Positions 1 to 11,502 of a stretch of 64,000 nucleotides of DNA are shown here, piece after piece. The notes under the pieces are model-generated. The model saw only the letters and a list, made by a program, of their open reading frames with translations. It was not told the origin of the DNA and did not search any database. The position numbers and the translations under genes are program-made. Numbering within the stretch: the stretch's first letter is position 1; the number at the start of each line of letters is the position of its first letter. Source of the DNA: Pseudovirgaria hyperparasitica. Its lineage: Eukaryota. The DNA lies in NCBI GenBank assembly GCA_010093815.1, contig ML996568.1. The stretch is one strand, 5' to 3'.

Positions 1-232
1 CGGTGCTGTAGTGCAACATTGAATTCTGTGAACTCGGTTGTGGACATTGCGGGCGCCAAGAGTTATAGGGCTGTCTTGAACTCGGATCCATCAATGCTCG
101 AGATTTTGTCAGAGCTTGCCCACCACAGGCTTCAATTCCGTCACTGTTACACGATACAGATGGTTGAATGAAATCTTCCCCAGATACCTGCATCCTAGGG
201 ATGTGTGCTACGGCTTTCTTGTTCTTACCATA

Positions 233-3200
233 ATGGCAGACCGTGGCAATGTCGCGGCCCCTCCACAGTCGCCGACGATCGAGGAACTAGCATCCCAAAG
301 TCGTCCGCCGCCTCAAGAGGCGAAAAGGCCGTATGCAACAGCCCTTAGGCTAGCGATTGGTCCATGGACGGTACAATTCCGAAGTGTCCATGGAGCCGGC
401 TACATAAAGCCAGAAATGATGCAGAAGCTCGACGATGTGCTGGTTAAGAAAACGCTCACCAACACGAGGCAATATGCTGAGGTTCGGTATGTGTGGTGCT
501 TCCTTTGAAACATAGCGAGGATACGTCCGCTGAACTGTTCGTTAGAGAAGACATAGGTACGGATTCGCAGTTCTGGCACGACATCGGCGACCTGATTGAC
601 TCTGCGATACCATCTATCGAGCAACGCTGTTTCAATGCACCACCGGCGGTTGATCCAGCGCAAGACCCCCCTGCACATGAAGATTATGACGGGCTTTCTG
701 GGGCTCTCATAGCCGAAAATCAAGGCAGTCTCTGCGTTGACCTGGAACGTGTCAATAGCATGGTAGCAATAACTAGGAATGTCTTGACCGTTGGACCTAG
801 AGCTCAACAACTGGCTTCAATGTCGCGGTTTGACAAAGAGATCTTTCGTCTTATAAACCTTTGTGTCAAGGTCACTGCTCGGGGGTACGATGGAGATCCT
901 GGGTCCCAAGAGGAAGAGAAATGGCAAAGCGTCATAAATGCGTTCAAGAAGGTTCTCATTACCAGCCTACAATTTTTGAACAACCTAGTTACAAGGAACG
1001 AGAGACGGAAGTTAATGCTCTGGATTCAATTGTTTGACAGTACGACTCCATCCGAAGCTGTCGTGGACTCATATCAAGCTGATGAGGGCGACGCAACGTT
1101 CGATGTGCAGTACGATGAGGAAGGACCCTTCGAAATGAAACTCATGAGCGGAGTTTCAAGAAAGATTTTTGCGCCGCCACAATTGCCTTCGGGTCATGGG
1201 AAAAAGGAGAGCTCATCGGCTCACCCGCCGCAGCCTCCAGCATCGTCACCATTCTTACTCTTCATCGGTAAAAATGGTCTTGAAGTGAAAAAACAGTTGA
1301 TCGACCAAGGTAAAGCGGGGAATGCCGCGGAGATTGCTGCTGAATGCAAGAGACAATGGGAAAGCATGCCACCAGAACGGAGACAAGAGTGGGATGGCTT
1401 TTACAAAGATCTCGTGAGGAGGGCTCCCCCAAATTCTACTGCCGCTCTTGAGTTCACCGGGGGTATGCTCTTCTCCACATCATCTGCCAAATATACTACA
1501 GGACATCCGCCATTGGACGAGAAGGTTGAAGCTCTGGCGAGAAGCATCAACGGACTAAAGATAGAGGTACAGTTGTTGTGTCAGACATCTGAGCATATCT
1601 GACAATCCACTACAGGCAGATGATCTGGCCCAGGACAAACTGGTGGACAGTAAGATGAGAAGACTCCACGGTAAGTCCATGTCGATTTATGACGCTCTCT
1701 GCTGACCTGTCACAGCGGCTTTCGGGGCCGACATCTTACAAAGAGGCAAGGACGATCTCATGAAGCGACTGGAACCACCACCGGAAAGAAACAACCAAAC
1801 ATCAATACAGGAGCCTTCGACTACTTCGCCTGCTTCACCCGTGGCTCTGCCATCCGAATCTCAAGCTCCTCCCCCTTCAGCAGCTGACCCTCCTGTGAGC
1901 GAAGAGGAAGACAGCGAGGAGGAATCTGACTATGTTGTTCCAGGAGATGATGGGCGCGGACTGCTGACAGACGTTCCTTTGATCCTCGGACCCGCCGAAA
2001 TTGAAGTACTTCCAATGATCATCATGTCGGGAATCGTTCCTGCAGATGACTTCGTTCACGAAACAGGCTCACAAGAGGCAACTCAATTTCTCAATCTGCA
2101 CATCATTCGGTGCTATCTACTTATGGCACAAGATAATGGTCGTAATCTCCTCCGAGAACTCCTCATATTCGTTGCTGCGTGGGATCTTCGTGAAGAGGAG
2201 TTGTATTTCAAATTTATGGTCAAGATCATGGAAGCGATTCTCAATAACGGTCTGATGCCCTTTGCGTATCAGGCTTTCAGAGAATCGAAAGATATTATAT
2301 CACCAGCTCAGGCGGTCATTATGAAACTACTGACAAACATCTTCAAAGCAAGACAGGTCAGAGAGGCCACTCGTGCACAAGACTACCCAGAGGCTGAGCC
2401 TAGATTTCCACTTCAAGTCGATGTGGATATGGTCAGATTTCTGTTCACGGAGTTCCGCACGAACATAATTCCACAAACCTGCGCACTGATATTCCTACAA
2501 GGAAAGATCAGACTGAATCAAGCATCCCCCGATGACTTCCCGCTGAACTTGTGGGATATGGAACGGATGTACGAGGGAATATATCAATACCTTGAGTTCT
2601 TCGCCGTCCTGACCGAGCACGACATGTGGAAGAAAATGATGACAGACTGGGATCTGATCAGTGAGCTCGTGACTCTCCTAAAAGAGCTCGACACCGCGAT
2701 ACCGAAGGTCAACCTCCCGATGCTGCCAATGCGAACTGGGGAGACGTTGGAAGACAAGGTTCGTCGCAGCGCTGATACCGCCAGAGCCATCGCTGGTGGC
2801 AGTGCTCTCGCATATGACCCGGCTCTCCCTCCACCGAATGATTCAGGCACTCTACCATCGTCCGAGTCGCAGCCTGTCGCAGTCGAACGCCCCTTTGACA
2901 CCTCCGCGTCCGCAAACGCGCCCAACCCTTACCCGCCAACCACATTCCTACCAACCGCACCATTCCCCTCCGCATCTCCCACCGAGCATCCCGACGAATT
3001 CGAGTGGCGCAACCTCAAAAAACTCGCCATCCTCGTCCTCTCCTCCCTAGTCTGGCGCTCAAAGGCCGTCCAGGACCAGGTGCGTGCGCACCAAGGCATC
3101 GAAGCCATCCTCAACTGCTGCGCGCACGACGAGCACAATCCCTACATTCGCGAGCACGCCATCATGTGTCTGCGCTTCCTCCTCGAGAACAACCCCGAGA

Positions 3201-3529
3201 ACCAGGCCATTGTCAAGGAACTGGAGCCCAAGGTCGTCGTGCCCAGCGAGGTGCTCGACGACCACGGGTACGAAAGCTTCATGGACATGCGCGGCCAGGT
3301 CGGGCTGCGGAGGAAGTTTAAGCCTAAGGCGAAGACCGAAGGAGGAGCAGGAGGAGGAGCAGCAGCAGACTTGGAGAAGTTCAAGGCGTGGGACAGGGAG
3401 CCGGGCGATCTGGCGGAGTTGCTGCATAATATGATGAGAGAGCTGCCGGCGAAAGTCCAGGGCGTCAGGATGGAGGCGGAGAGAGCGGCGGTGGCGAAGC
3501 TGGATAGGGGGTTTGAGGGGAGTGGGTAG
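233..3529 (+). CDS. CTR86: Ataxin-10 / Ctr86 homolog (ARM-like), 4 exons
   Basis: ATG at 233. Introns 487-545, 1567-1615 and 1671-1715 (GT..AG with branch sites) join the ORFs in frame. C-terminal ataxin-10 motif EFEWRNLKKLAILVLSSLVW...QVRAHQGIEAILNCCAHDEHNPYIREHAIMCLRFLLENNPENQAIVKELE. Confidence 0.9.
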
Positions 3530-3970
3530 TGATGATGATCATGTTGGGTACGGGGCTTCACGAAGATGCAAAGACGACGTATGTGTCCATGAGCTCACGC
3601 GGTCGATCTGAACGGTCGGAGGAGGTGGGTGTTTTGGGGGAAATGCTATTGCTAGCTCTGTCGGACATGACACGGCACATTATCATAGCATCAAGTCTCT
3701 GAACTCCTATGTCTAGTGAACATATCATCATAAGACTCAGATGTAGACGTAGAAATATAAAAGTATAAAATAAATATAAAAATAAAACCGCGTACGGTAG
3801 GAAGGAAGACAATCCCCCCAAAAAATTACAATTGGAAGGAACCCTGTCTTCGTGCTCCATCCCAACAAAGATAATAGACCGAGACGGCGGGATTGTTATG
3901 TACATACATACTATTACGATCGAGATGTTCTTGGAGATTGGGTGGAGGGTGTGGGGTGGAAGTCTCGTAG

Positions 3971-4090
3971 TCTTGTGTGTCTGTCTGTCTGTCTGACTGT
4001 CTGTCTGTCTGTTTGTCTGTTTGTAGATAGACACGCAAGAACACGCAAGACAAGACAGACAAGACAGACAGACAAGACAGAAAAACACAA
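3971..4090. repeat. (TCTG)n followed by (CAGA/CAAGA)n microsatellites in inverted arrangement
   Basis: gtctgtctgtct... at about 3979-4022, then caagacagacaagacagacagac at about 4046-4080, between two convergent genes. Confidence 0.85.
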
Positions 4091-4118
4091 ACTCCAAATC
4101 GCATCTCAAACTACTCAC

Positions 4119-6699
4119 TCACCCCATAAACTCCAACAACGCCTTATCCAACCCGCCCTCTATGCCCCCAGCGACACCACCACCAGCACCACTACTACCA
4201 GCACCAGCACCACCCCCAGCCAACGCAGCAACCGCCGCCGTCGCCGCAGCAGCAGTCGCTTGAGCCCTCATCGAGGCTTGTCCCTGCCCTTGCCCCTGCC
4301 CTCCTCCATCTCCAATATTACCCTCTCCTCCACTCATACCGCCCGCACCCACACCCGCACCCGCACTACTACTCCCCGGCCGATGACTTTCGGTAACAGC
4401 AGCCTCGGCCAGACTCTGCAAGCCGGAGATATGATCCGTTGCACTCCCACTCCCACTCCCACCACCACCACCCGCATTCACAGCCTCGTCAGCAGCATTC
4501 GCACCACTCCCACCACCAGCCTTCGCAGCAGCCAGGACCTTGTACAGATACTGATCCCAGCCTGTGCCATCAGGAAGGATAGGCACGACGGGGCGAGTAG
4601 AGAGAGCAGCTAGAAAGGCGTCGATGGAGCGAAGCGCGTCAGGGCCGACGGGGGCAGGGAGCGTGGACAGGTCGATGAGGGATGTAGCAGCCAGACGGGC
4701 AAAGTGGACGTGGAGCGGGGAGATGGGGGTTGAGGGTTCGAGGAGCGGGGCGAGGAGGCGGTTTGTGAGGTGGAGGAGGGTGTGGGAGGGGGAGGAGGAG
4801 TCGAGGCGGGCGGCGGAGAGTTCGGCGTGGTGGAGGGCGAGGTGGAGGAGGGAGTTTTCGGGGAGTTGGAGGAGGGTGAGGAGGGAGGACTGGTTTGCGT
4901 GGAGGGCGGAGAGGAGGGGGGAGATGGTTGTTGGGGCGAGGAGGTGGGTGATTGGGTCTTGGGTGGCGGAGGGGAGGCGGGTTTTGAGGATGTGGGCGTA
5001 GAGGCCGATGGAGTCGGCGATGCCTGTGTTGGGGGGGAGAGGGGTTAGCTGTTTGTTGGCGGTGGTGGGATTTTGGGGGGAATTATGACGTACGGAGGAG
5101 GAGAGTGGTTTCGCGCTGGCCGACGATGCGGTCGTGTGTGTTGATGAAGGGTTGCAGGTACAGGGGCATCGTCAGGTTGGCGGAGAAGCTTAGAGCATGG
5201 TAGCGGTCTAGCACGAACAAGGCTCCATATACTCGGCGACCGAAATTGAGTAATCTGGTTCCGCCTTCGATCAGTTTCGTGTCGTCTTCCAGGCTTAGAC
5301 TGTTGGCACGGCCGACAGCGCGGCCTATCAGCTCTCCAGGTCTGGAGAGTCCTAGAGGTGAATGCCTCTGATCGGCTTGTATGATCATCATGACCAGACT
5401 GACGAGGTACATGACGTGGTTTGAAAGTGCAAAGGTTGGGTCTGCGTTGTCACACTCGTACTGCGCGGCGTCCAGGAAATGCGATGTACGGCTGATCATC
5501 TCTTGGGGGTCATACTGCGGCTGTGTGGTTTGTCCAAAGGTATGCAAAAGGCATTCTGCTGCGCCGCAAAATGCCTGTCGCAAGTTGGCTGGAGTTTGTG
5601 ACAAGCGGATGTTGAGTTCGGTGGGCTCCTCCGGTAGGAATTGAAGTACGGACTGTAAATGTGATGTATATAGCCTGACATGATTAGCAGAAGCATAATT
5701 TGATCACTGTCTGACGTACTGAAATGTATAGGCTTGTTCGGTGTCATTCAGGTTGCTGGTCTTGCTCATGATGACTTCATCGGGTGAATTTCCTGCAGAT
5801 GTCAGTCATGATAATGCGCGTAGTGCTTTGCCTTATGATGGAATTGAGACGTGACAGCGACAATCCCGAGTCTCAAATCCCAGACATTGCAGAATATAGC
5901 TAGTGCTGGGATATGTTGCTTACCTAATATAGGAGGTGCTGATGGCTGTCTTACAGCACTGAACGGATTTGTGAACGCGGAGAAGCCATCGTGCGCGGAA
6001 TGCGATGATACCAATGGGGGCGAGTAAACGCGCTGCACACCAGTAGACAACGAGGCAATCGGGCTGGAGCTTGGTACGTTTATGTTCCTCTCGATGAGCT
6101 TGACACGATCGGCAAGTTCTTTGATATAACTAAGCTATCATCAGCACTTTGCTCCGTTGTTCAGCAGGGGCGGCATCATGATATACCCTTTGGAGGGACC
6201 TCTTTTCAAAGGCTGACGACTGAATTGACAGGATGTCTGTGATCTTTTGCAGCTTGTGCAGGACTCTGGGCCGTTCTCCCCAGTCGCATCGCACCGAATC
6301 TAACACGTTAGTCTTACACAACTACCACAATCTCGTCGATGAGGACCCCACCTTCTTGCGTCGACATTCATCGCAGGCGCGAGATACTTTGGATCTTTTA
6401 CGACTACTCGCGAGCAACTGACCATCATGAGCTGATGGCATGTAGTCATGTGCGGGATGACTTTGCAGATCCATAGCCTCCTGCGCGAGCATCTGCTGTT
6501 CCGCCATGAGTTGCTCCAGCGTATGGGCATCACTGTCTTGCATGGCAGTGTCTGCTACATCGAGAGAATTGTGCTCCTGATACTTCCTGCCTCCATGAGA
6601 CTGTGGGCTGTGGTTCCCATGACTCTGCACGAAGAGGCCGGACGAACCATGTCCGTCATGTGCCTGGGGGTCAGGATAAGAAGAAGACGTGTTTGACAT
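4119..6699 (-). CDS. RGT1: Zn(II)2Cys6 transcription factor, Rgt1-like glucose-responsive regulator; multi-exon
   Basis: Spliced DNA-binding domain RKRSKVSRACDECRRKK|IRCDATGENGPESCTSCKRSQTSCQFSRQPLKRGPSKG|YIKELADRV, with first intron 6351-6300. Later exons join in frame to the ORFs at 5083-5604 and 4119-4586. The exact 3' end is uncertain. Confidence 0.82.
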
Positions 6700-9600
6700 G
6701 AACGCTTTCTAATCAGGTATCATAGCCCTAATCAAACCAAGCTTAACCAGACAACAGGCTAGCCAGTATCAAGGACTGTGTCGGGAGGTGTTTGACGCGT
6801 GCTTGTACGCGTTAACTTGGTGACTGTAGGTCGCGGATCAGTCGCGCGCCGGAAAGAGCGAGCAGCTTTGATAGAGGCCAGTCGGTCGCAGAAAATAGGT
6901 TATATGAGATTCAAAACAGTTTGCACTATACAGCCTCATTCGTATACTAGGAGCTGTTTGATGGAATTGTGCAGCAAGGTAGTCATGTGGAATGGAGAAG
7001 CCGTGTGCGCGCGGCTGGGGCGGGAGGTGAAGCAAAAGCAAGCGTGCAAAAGTTCAATCCGGCGGGGGCCTGAATTGGATTAGCGCTATCTGGCAGAATA
7101 AGCTGCGTTTTGTCTGTTATGAAGCTGGAAACCAGACTGGGAGACATGATGATGCACGATACTAGAATCCTATTACATGACCCTTTTGGGTGAGTTTTGA
7201 ACCGACAAGCACCTTTCATGGGAGTTCGGAGGCAGGAAATACGATTCAGCGGTCGGCGAATCATTTCTACGGCTCCTAACGCCGTTCTGAGGTGGATGCA
7301 ACCAAGACCACAAACCGACATTCGGCCTGGCCTGTCTATTCTAGGGCATGGACTGTGCCAAAAACATCTTCCCTGCTCATCGGTCCAGGATAAACAACTT
7401 CCCGCACGCAGTCATCATGGTATCGATGTTATCACGATTCATCCGTGTCAATCAACACTTCTGGACATGATATTGTGTCACGTGAGAAGCGCACATGATG
7501 ATTATCCAAGACCAATCGTTTCTAGAAGTATAATTAATAGCGACATGATCACAAAGTTGTATTTCCAAAGTGGATTGGTTCATATGTTTCTCTGTTCTTA
7601 CTGCTTATATATATATATATATCAAACTCGATATTGACGACATTAGCATTGAGTCACGTGGAAGCTAAGCTTCGAGACGGGTTTGATCGACATGTACATG
7701 TCACGTTTTTGACCACGAGCACCAAAGTGTAGTGTGTTTAGGATCCATTAATATCATATGTGTAGAGTGTGGTGACTCATGCCAAGCGGGATGTAGAGCT
7801 AATCGTTGTCAAGCCAATGGACTAGGGCGCGAGTGTCGCTTCGTTTGTTGCGGATGAGTTGCGCCCAAGTTCCGTTGCCATATTTATCATGAAGATGTCT
7901 AGGATGAAGCAGAGCAGCCAGTGAGAAGACTGCGATCTGCTGCCTGTAACACTGTGGTAGGATCAAGAAGAACCGTGCCACGAGTTTTGACAGGTCTTCA
8001 GATGGCTTGGCATGCTGTTGAAACGCTCAATTGATCTGTGCACTTTCGGGTGTGTCACCTTCTAGAAGCTTGACAGCAACCCGCGGAGCAGAAGACCAAT
8101 GTCATTTTCGAACGGTGTCTATGGAATCATGCAATGCTTGAGCCGCAAGCTCGGACTTGGACCAGTTTATTTTCGGTTGTAACGTTACCTTGTCGTATCA
8201 AGAGGGCAGTCAGGGCAGCGGAGGTGATCTGCGGGAAGGAATGGTCCGGACTAGAGAGTAAACAAAGCTCAGTCTCGGCAGTCTCTTGTGTCAGTGTCAT
8301 AAGCGAGTCCAGCCAGGAGCATTCGAAGACATGATGGTTCGGCCGTTGTTGTTGTTGTTGTTGTTGAGCAAGGAAAATTTTGCAGAGTACCGAGCTTGGC
8401 TGTCCTATCACAGATGATGTACATCTCACAAGTGGAAAGACAGGAGATGCAGCCGCATATGTCCATGGTATCATGGCCAGCCCCGTATCTGAGAGCCCCT
8501 AGGATCTACGGAATATCATCAAGGATTCTAGCCTCGTCGTCCACGCCCAGGTTTAGCCAAGAGTATCCGCGCGGTGCTGGTAAGGATTTCTAGCGAACTT
8601 CTGGAAAGCCGGGGATCCAAAGAGGACTAACTGAGGTGGAATGATTCTGAAACAGATGATATCGGGGGATCCAATGGACATGCAGTATGTATATTACGGC
8701 CAAGGTGGTATGCAGTTAGTGACTGGGAATTTGTTTGAAAAGTATTAGGCGACAAAGTATCGCCACGCATTCCTGACGCGAACCGACGATATGAAGTATA
8801 GTAGTAATTAACTGTTGAATAAAAGTCGGCGGCAACGACATGTTTGTTATGCAGGCAGAGAGGATGAGGTAGAGAAGAGTGAAGCGGCAGACGGAAAGGC
8901 AAAAGGACATTTTCCTGAGCGACCGTTAGACTAAGGTAGCAAAGTAGCATGCACACGCACTAAGTCTGCCGGCGTCGGCATCGGACCGTTTAGCGTTAGG
9001 TGTCAGGTGTGTGTATGTTGGTAGATGCGTTGTATTAGTTGGCTGGAAAGGGCAGCAAATTCTTCCACTACTAGCGGGTGAAGGCCGGGCGGATCCGATC
9101 GTCTAACGGGACGAGCAGTCGATCATGCTGCACATCTCGATGCTATTCGCTGCTCTCTCTGCATACATGTCATCAGGAGGGGCCGTGCGCGGACATGAAC
9201 GCTGACCCTGCGTTGCGGCGCGCAGGCGTCAGGAAGACTCTGTCTGCACTTCTGACTATTATCATCGACAGAAGAGGTCACCCCAGTCGAAGGGTCTGCC
9301 AGTGTTGAGTAGATGGGAGAGACGTGGTGGGTAAAAGCGCATGTCCGTCCGCCGAACGCTGCAGGAGCGCGGTGCTGGTAGGCTCGAAATAGAAGATGGC
9401 CGGTGGTGCTGCTAAGGGACATGGCGTTAAGGGCGCGGTGTGGTGTAGATGGATTAGTGGTGACCATCACCATCTTCCCGTGTCAACGCTGTGACCACGG
9501 TAAGATACCGGTCAGACTGCAAGTCATCGAGGGATGTGCTGGGGGAGGGGGCGGAAGTGACAGGGCCGATTGTATGGATGCACGATGCACATTGCATAGG

Positions 9601-10260
9601 CATGGCAATCTGTTGAGTAAGCTCAGACTGGCCTTTGGTGAATGGCAATGCCTGATTCCAGGCGAGACAGCTTGCGTGCTAGTAGCAGTGGTGAAAGTGG
9701 GGATTGCTCTATGGGTAGTGATGAGTTAGGTCCAAGCAGTAATTAATAGTTGGGACGTAGGAAAGGGTCGGATGCCAGCCAGCCAACAACAGACAGTGAT
9801 GACAGTGATGATGTCTCGGCAGTCGAGGCAAGGCACGCGATCAGGAGAAGAAGAAGAAGAAGAAGACGGTGGTGTATGGCTGCTCTAGGCTGGAGTGTTC
9901 AGCGGATAGAAGGGTAGGAAAAGGGCATCCATGGTCGGTCTGGCAGTGCGATTGAGAAGGTAATTAGGTGGTGATGGATAAAGAGAAGTGTTGATGTGGA
10001 GAGAGGTAGTGTTAACCCTTTCCGGCGGGCTGCATCTAGGCGGCCCGTTTAGCTGGCGACGAGGACGAATGAATGCAAGAGTATTATGATGGGTGTATGT
10101 AATGAGCAGTCAGTCAGTGGAAGGAGGATATGATGATGGACGGCTTAGAGGAGAATGGAGGTATGTGGTAGTGGAGAGGATGGGTTAGCTAGTGGAGTGG
10201 TTGAAGCAGTAGAGTAGTAGTTAGTAGGTAGTAAAGTAAGTAGACAGGCATTAATTAGTC

Positions 10261-10366
10261 GGCGGCTCAGGCGCTGGCTCAGGCTGCTGCTCTCAGGCTT
10301 TCTTTCTCTGCTCAGGCTCTGGCACTGGCTCAGACGTCAGACTCAGGCTCTGGTCAAGGTCAGGCT
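10261..10366. promoter_or_regulatory. Cluster of six CTCAG(GC) motifs, putative transcription-factor binding array
   Basis: CTCAG at about 10266, 10278, 10292, 10311, 10329 and 10342. Four copies read GCTCA. Confidence 0.4.
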
Positions 10367-11502
10367 TTTGCGTAAGTGGAGACGAGACAGCAGAAAGACA
10401 TACACACACGCTTGGATCGGCATCTTGCTCGTAGGAGTAACTAAGAATAATGGGGTGCTGGTGCTGGTGCTGGTGCTGGTGGTAGTGTAGTTAGGCAGGG
10501 CACAGTAAAGTAGCTAGGTAGAAGAGGGCACCAGCTGCACAAAGCTACATTAGCTAAACAGGCCGGGTAAGTGTTGGCTTGCTTGGTCAGCCGCCAGCCC
10601 TGCCGAAAGGAGTTATACTTTACACCATTCTATACAGAACATCAACATACCGAGGAAAGAAGCACAAGCACCTGCACCGTGGTACCTAGATGGAGATGGA
10701 GGGGCAGCCTTTACTTTTGATTACCATACCTTCTTTACAGTTCTATACCAACCATCTTCCCCTCTTTCTACTTACTCTACATACTGCTCCTCGTTCTGCT
10801 TGCTACTGCTCTACTCCACAATCCACAATTCACACTCCAGCAGAAGAAGCCTGCCAAACAAGCCAGCTCGTCCCTGTTGCTGCCTCTCTCTGTTCGCGCC
10901 CAGACACCCGCTTCTATCCCATCACCACCACTAACACCTCCTCCACTAACTACTACCGACTTCTCCTCCACCACTAATTATCGCCTCCTCGTCTTCTTCT
11001 TCTTCTTCTTCTTCCTCTTCTATCCTTCATACACACACACACACACAATCATCATCCCTCCCAGATCCTGGCCCCTACACTGAACGTGCCGTTTTGACGT
11101 CCATACTCCCCACCTCATCTTGCGCTTCTCGGCCAGCGGCTTCTGCTGCACGGCTCGACCCCATCCCTCCTACCTACCCTACCTACCCTTCCTCATCCTC
11201 TTCTCCACACTCCACTCTCGGTACTCTTCTTCTTCGGCGGCTGCCTTTGTGCTCTCGGTTCCAATTATCCTCCATCCTCGCACTTTTGCTCATTCTTCGC
11301 TTGTATATCTTCTTTCTCCATCTGGACATACATACACTCCTCTGCACCCACTTTCATTTACCCACTCTCTTTCTCTACCTCTCTTCACCACCACTACCCT
11401 TCGCCCGCCGTCTGCGCACTGTCACTCACCCCTCTCCACTACCAAAGAGGTCCACTGTCCTCCTTTCTTCTTCCTCTTCTTCTTCTTCTTCTTTCTCCGA
11501 CA

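Noticed and set aside
1..47. Possible start of a divergent gene on the minus strand (MSTTEFTEFNVALQH...)
   Set aside because: It is cut off by the window edge and too short to support.
3558..5048. Overlapping ORFs 3558-4118, 3852-4613, 4564-5001 and 4770-5048
   Set aside because: They are microsatellite translations or antisense shadows of the C/G-skewed Rgt1-like exon.
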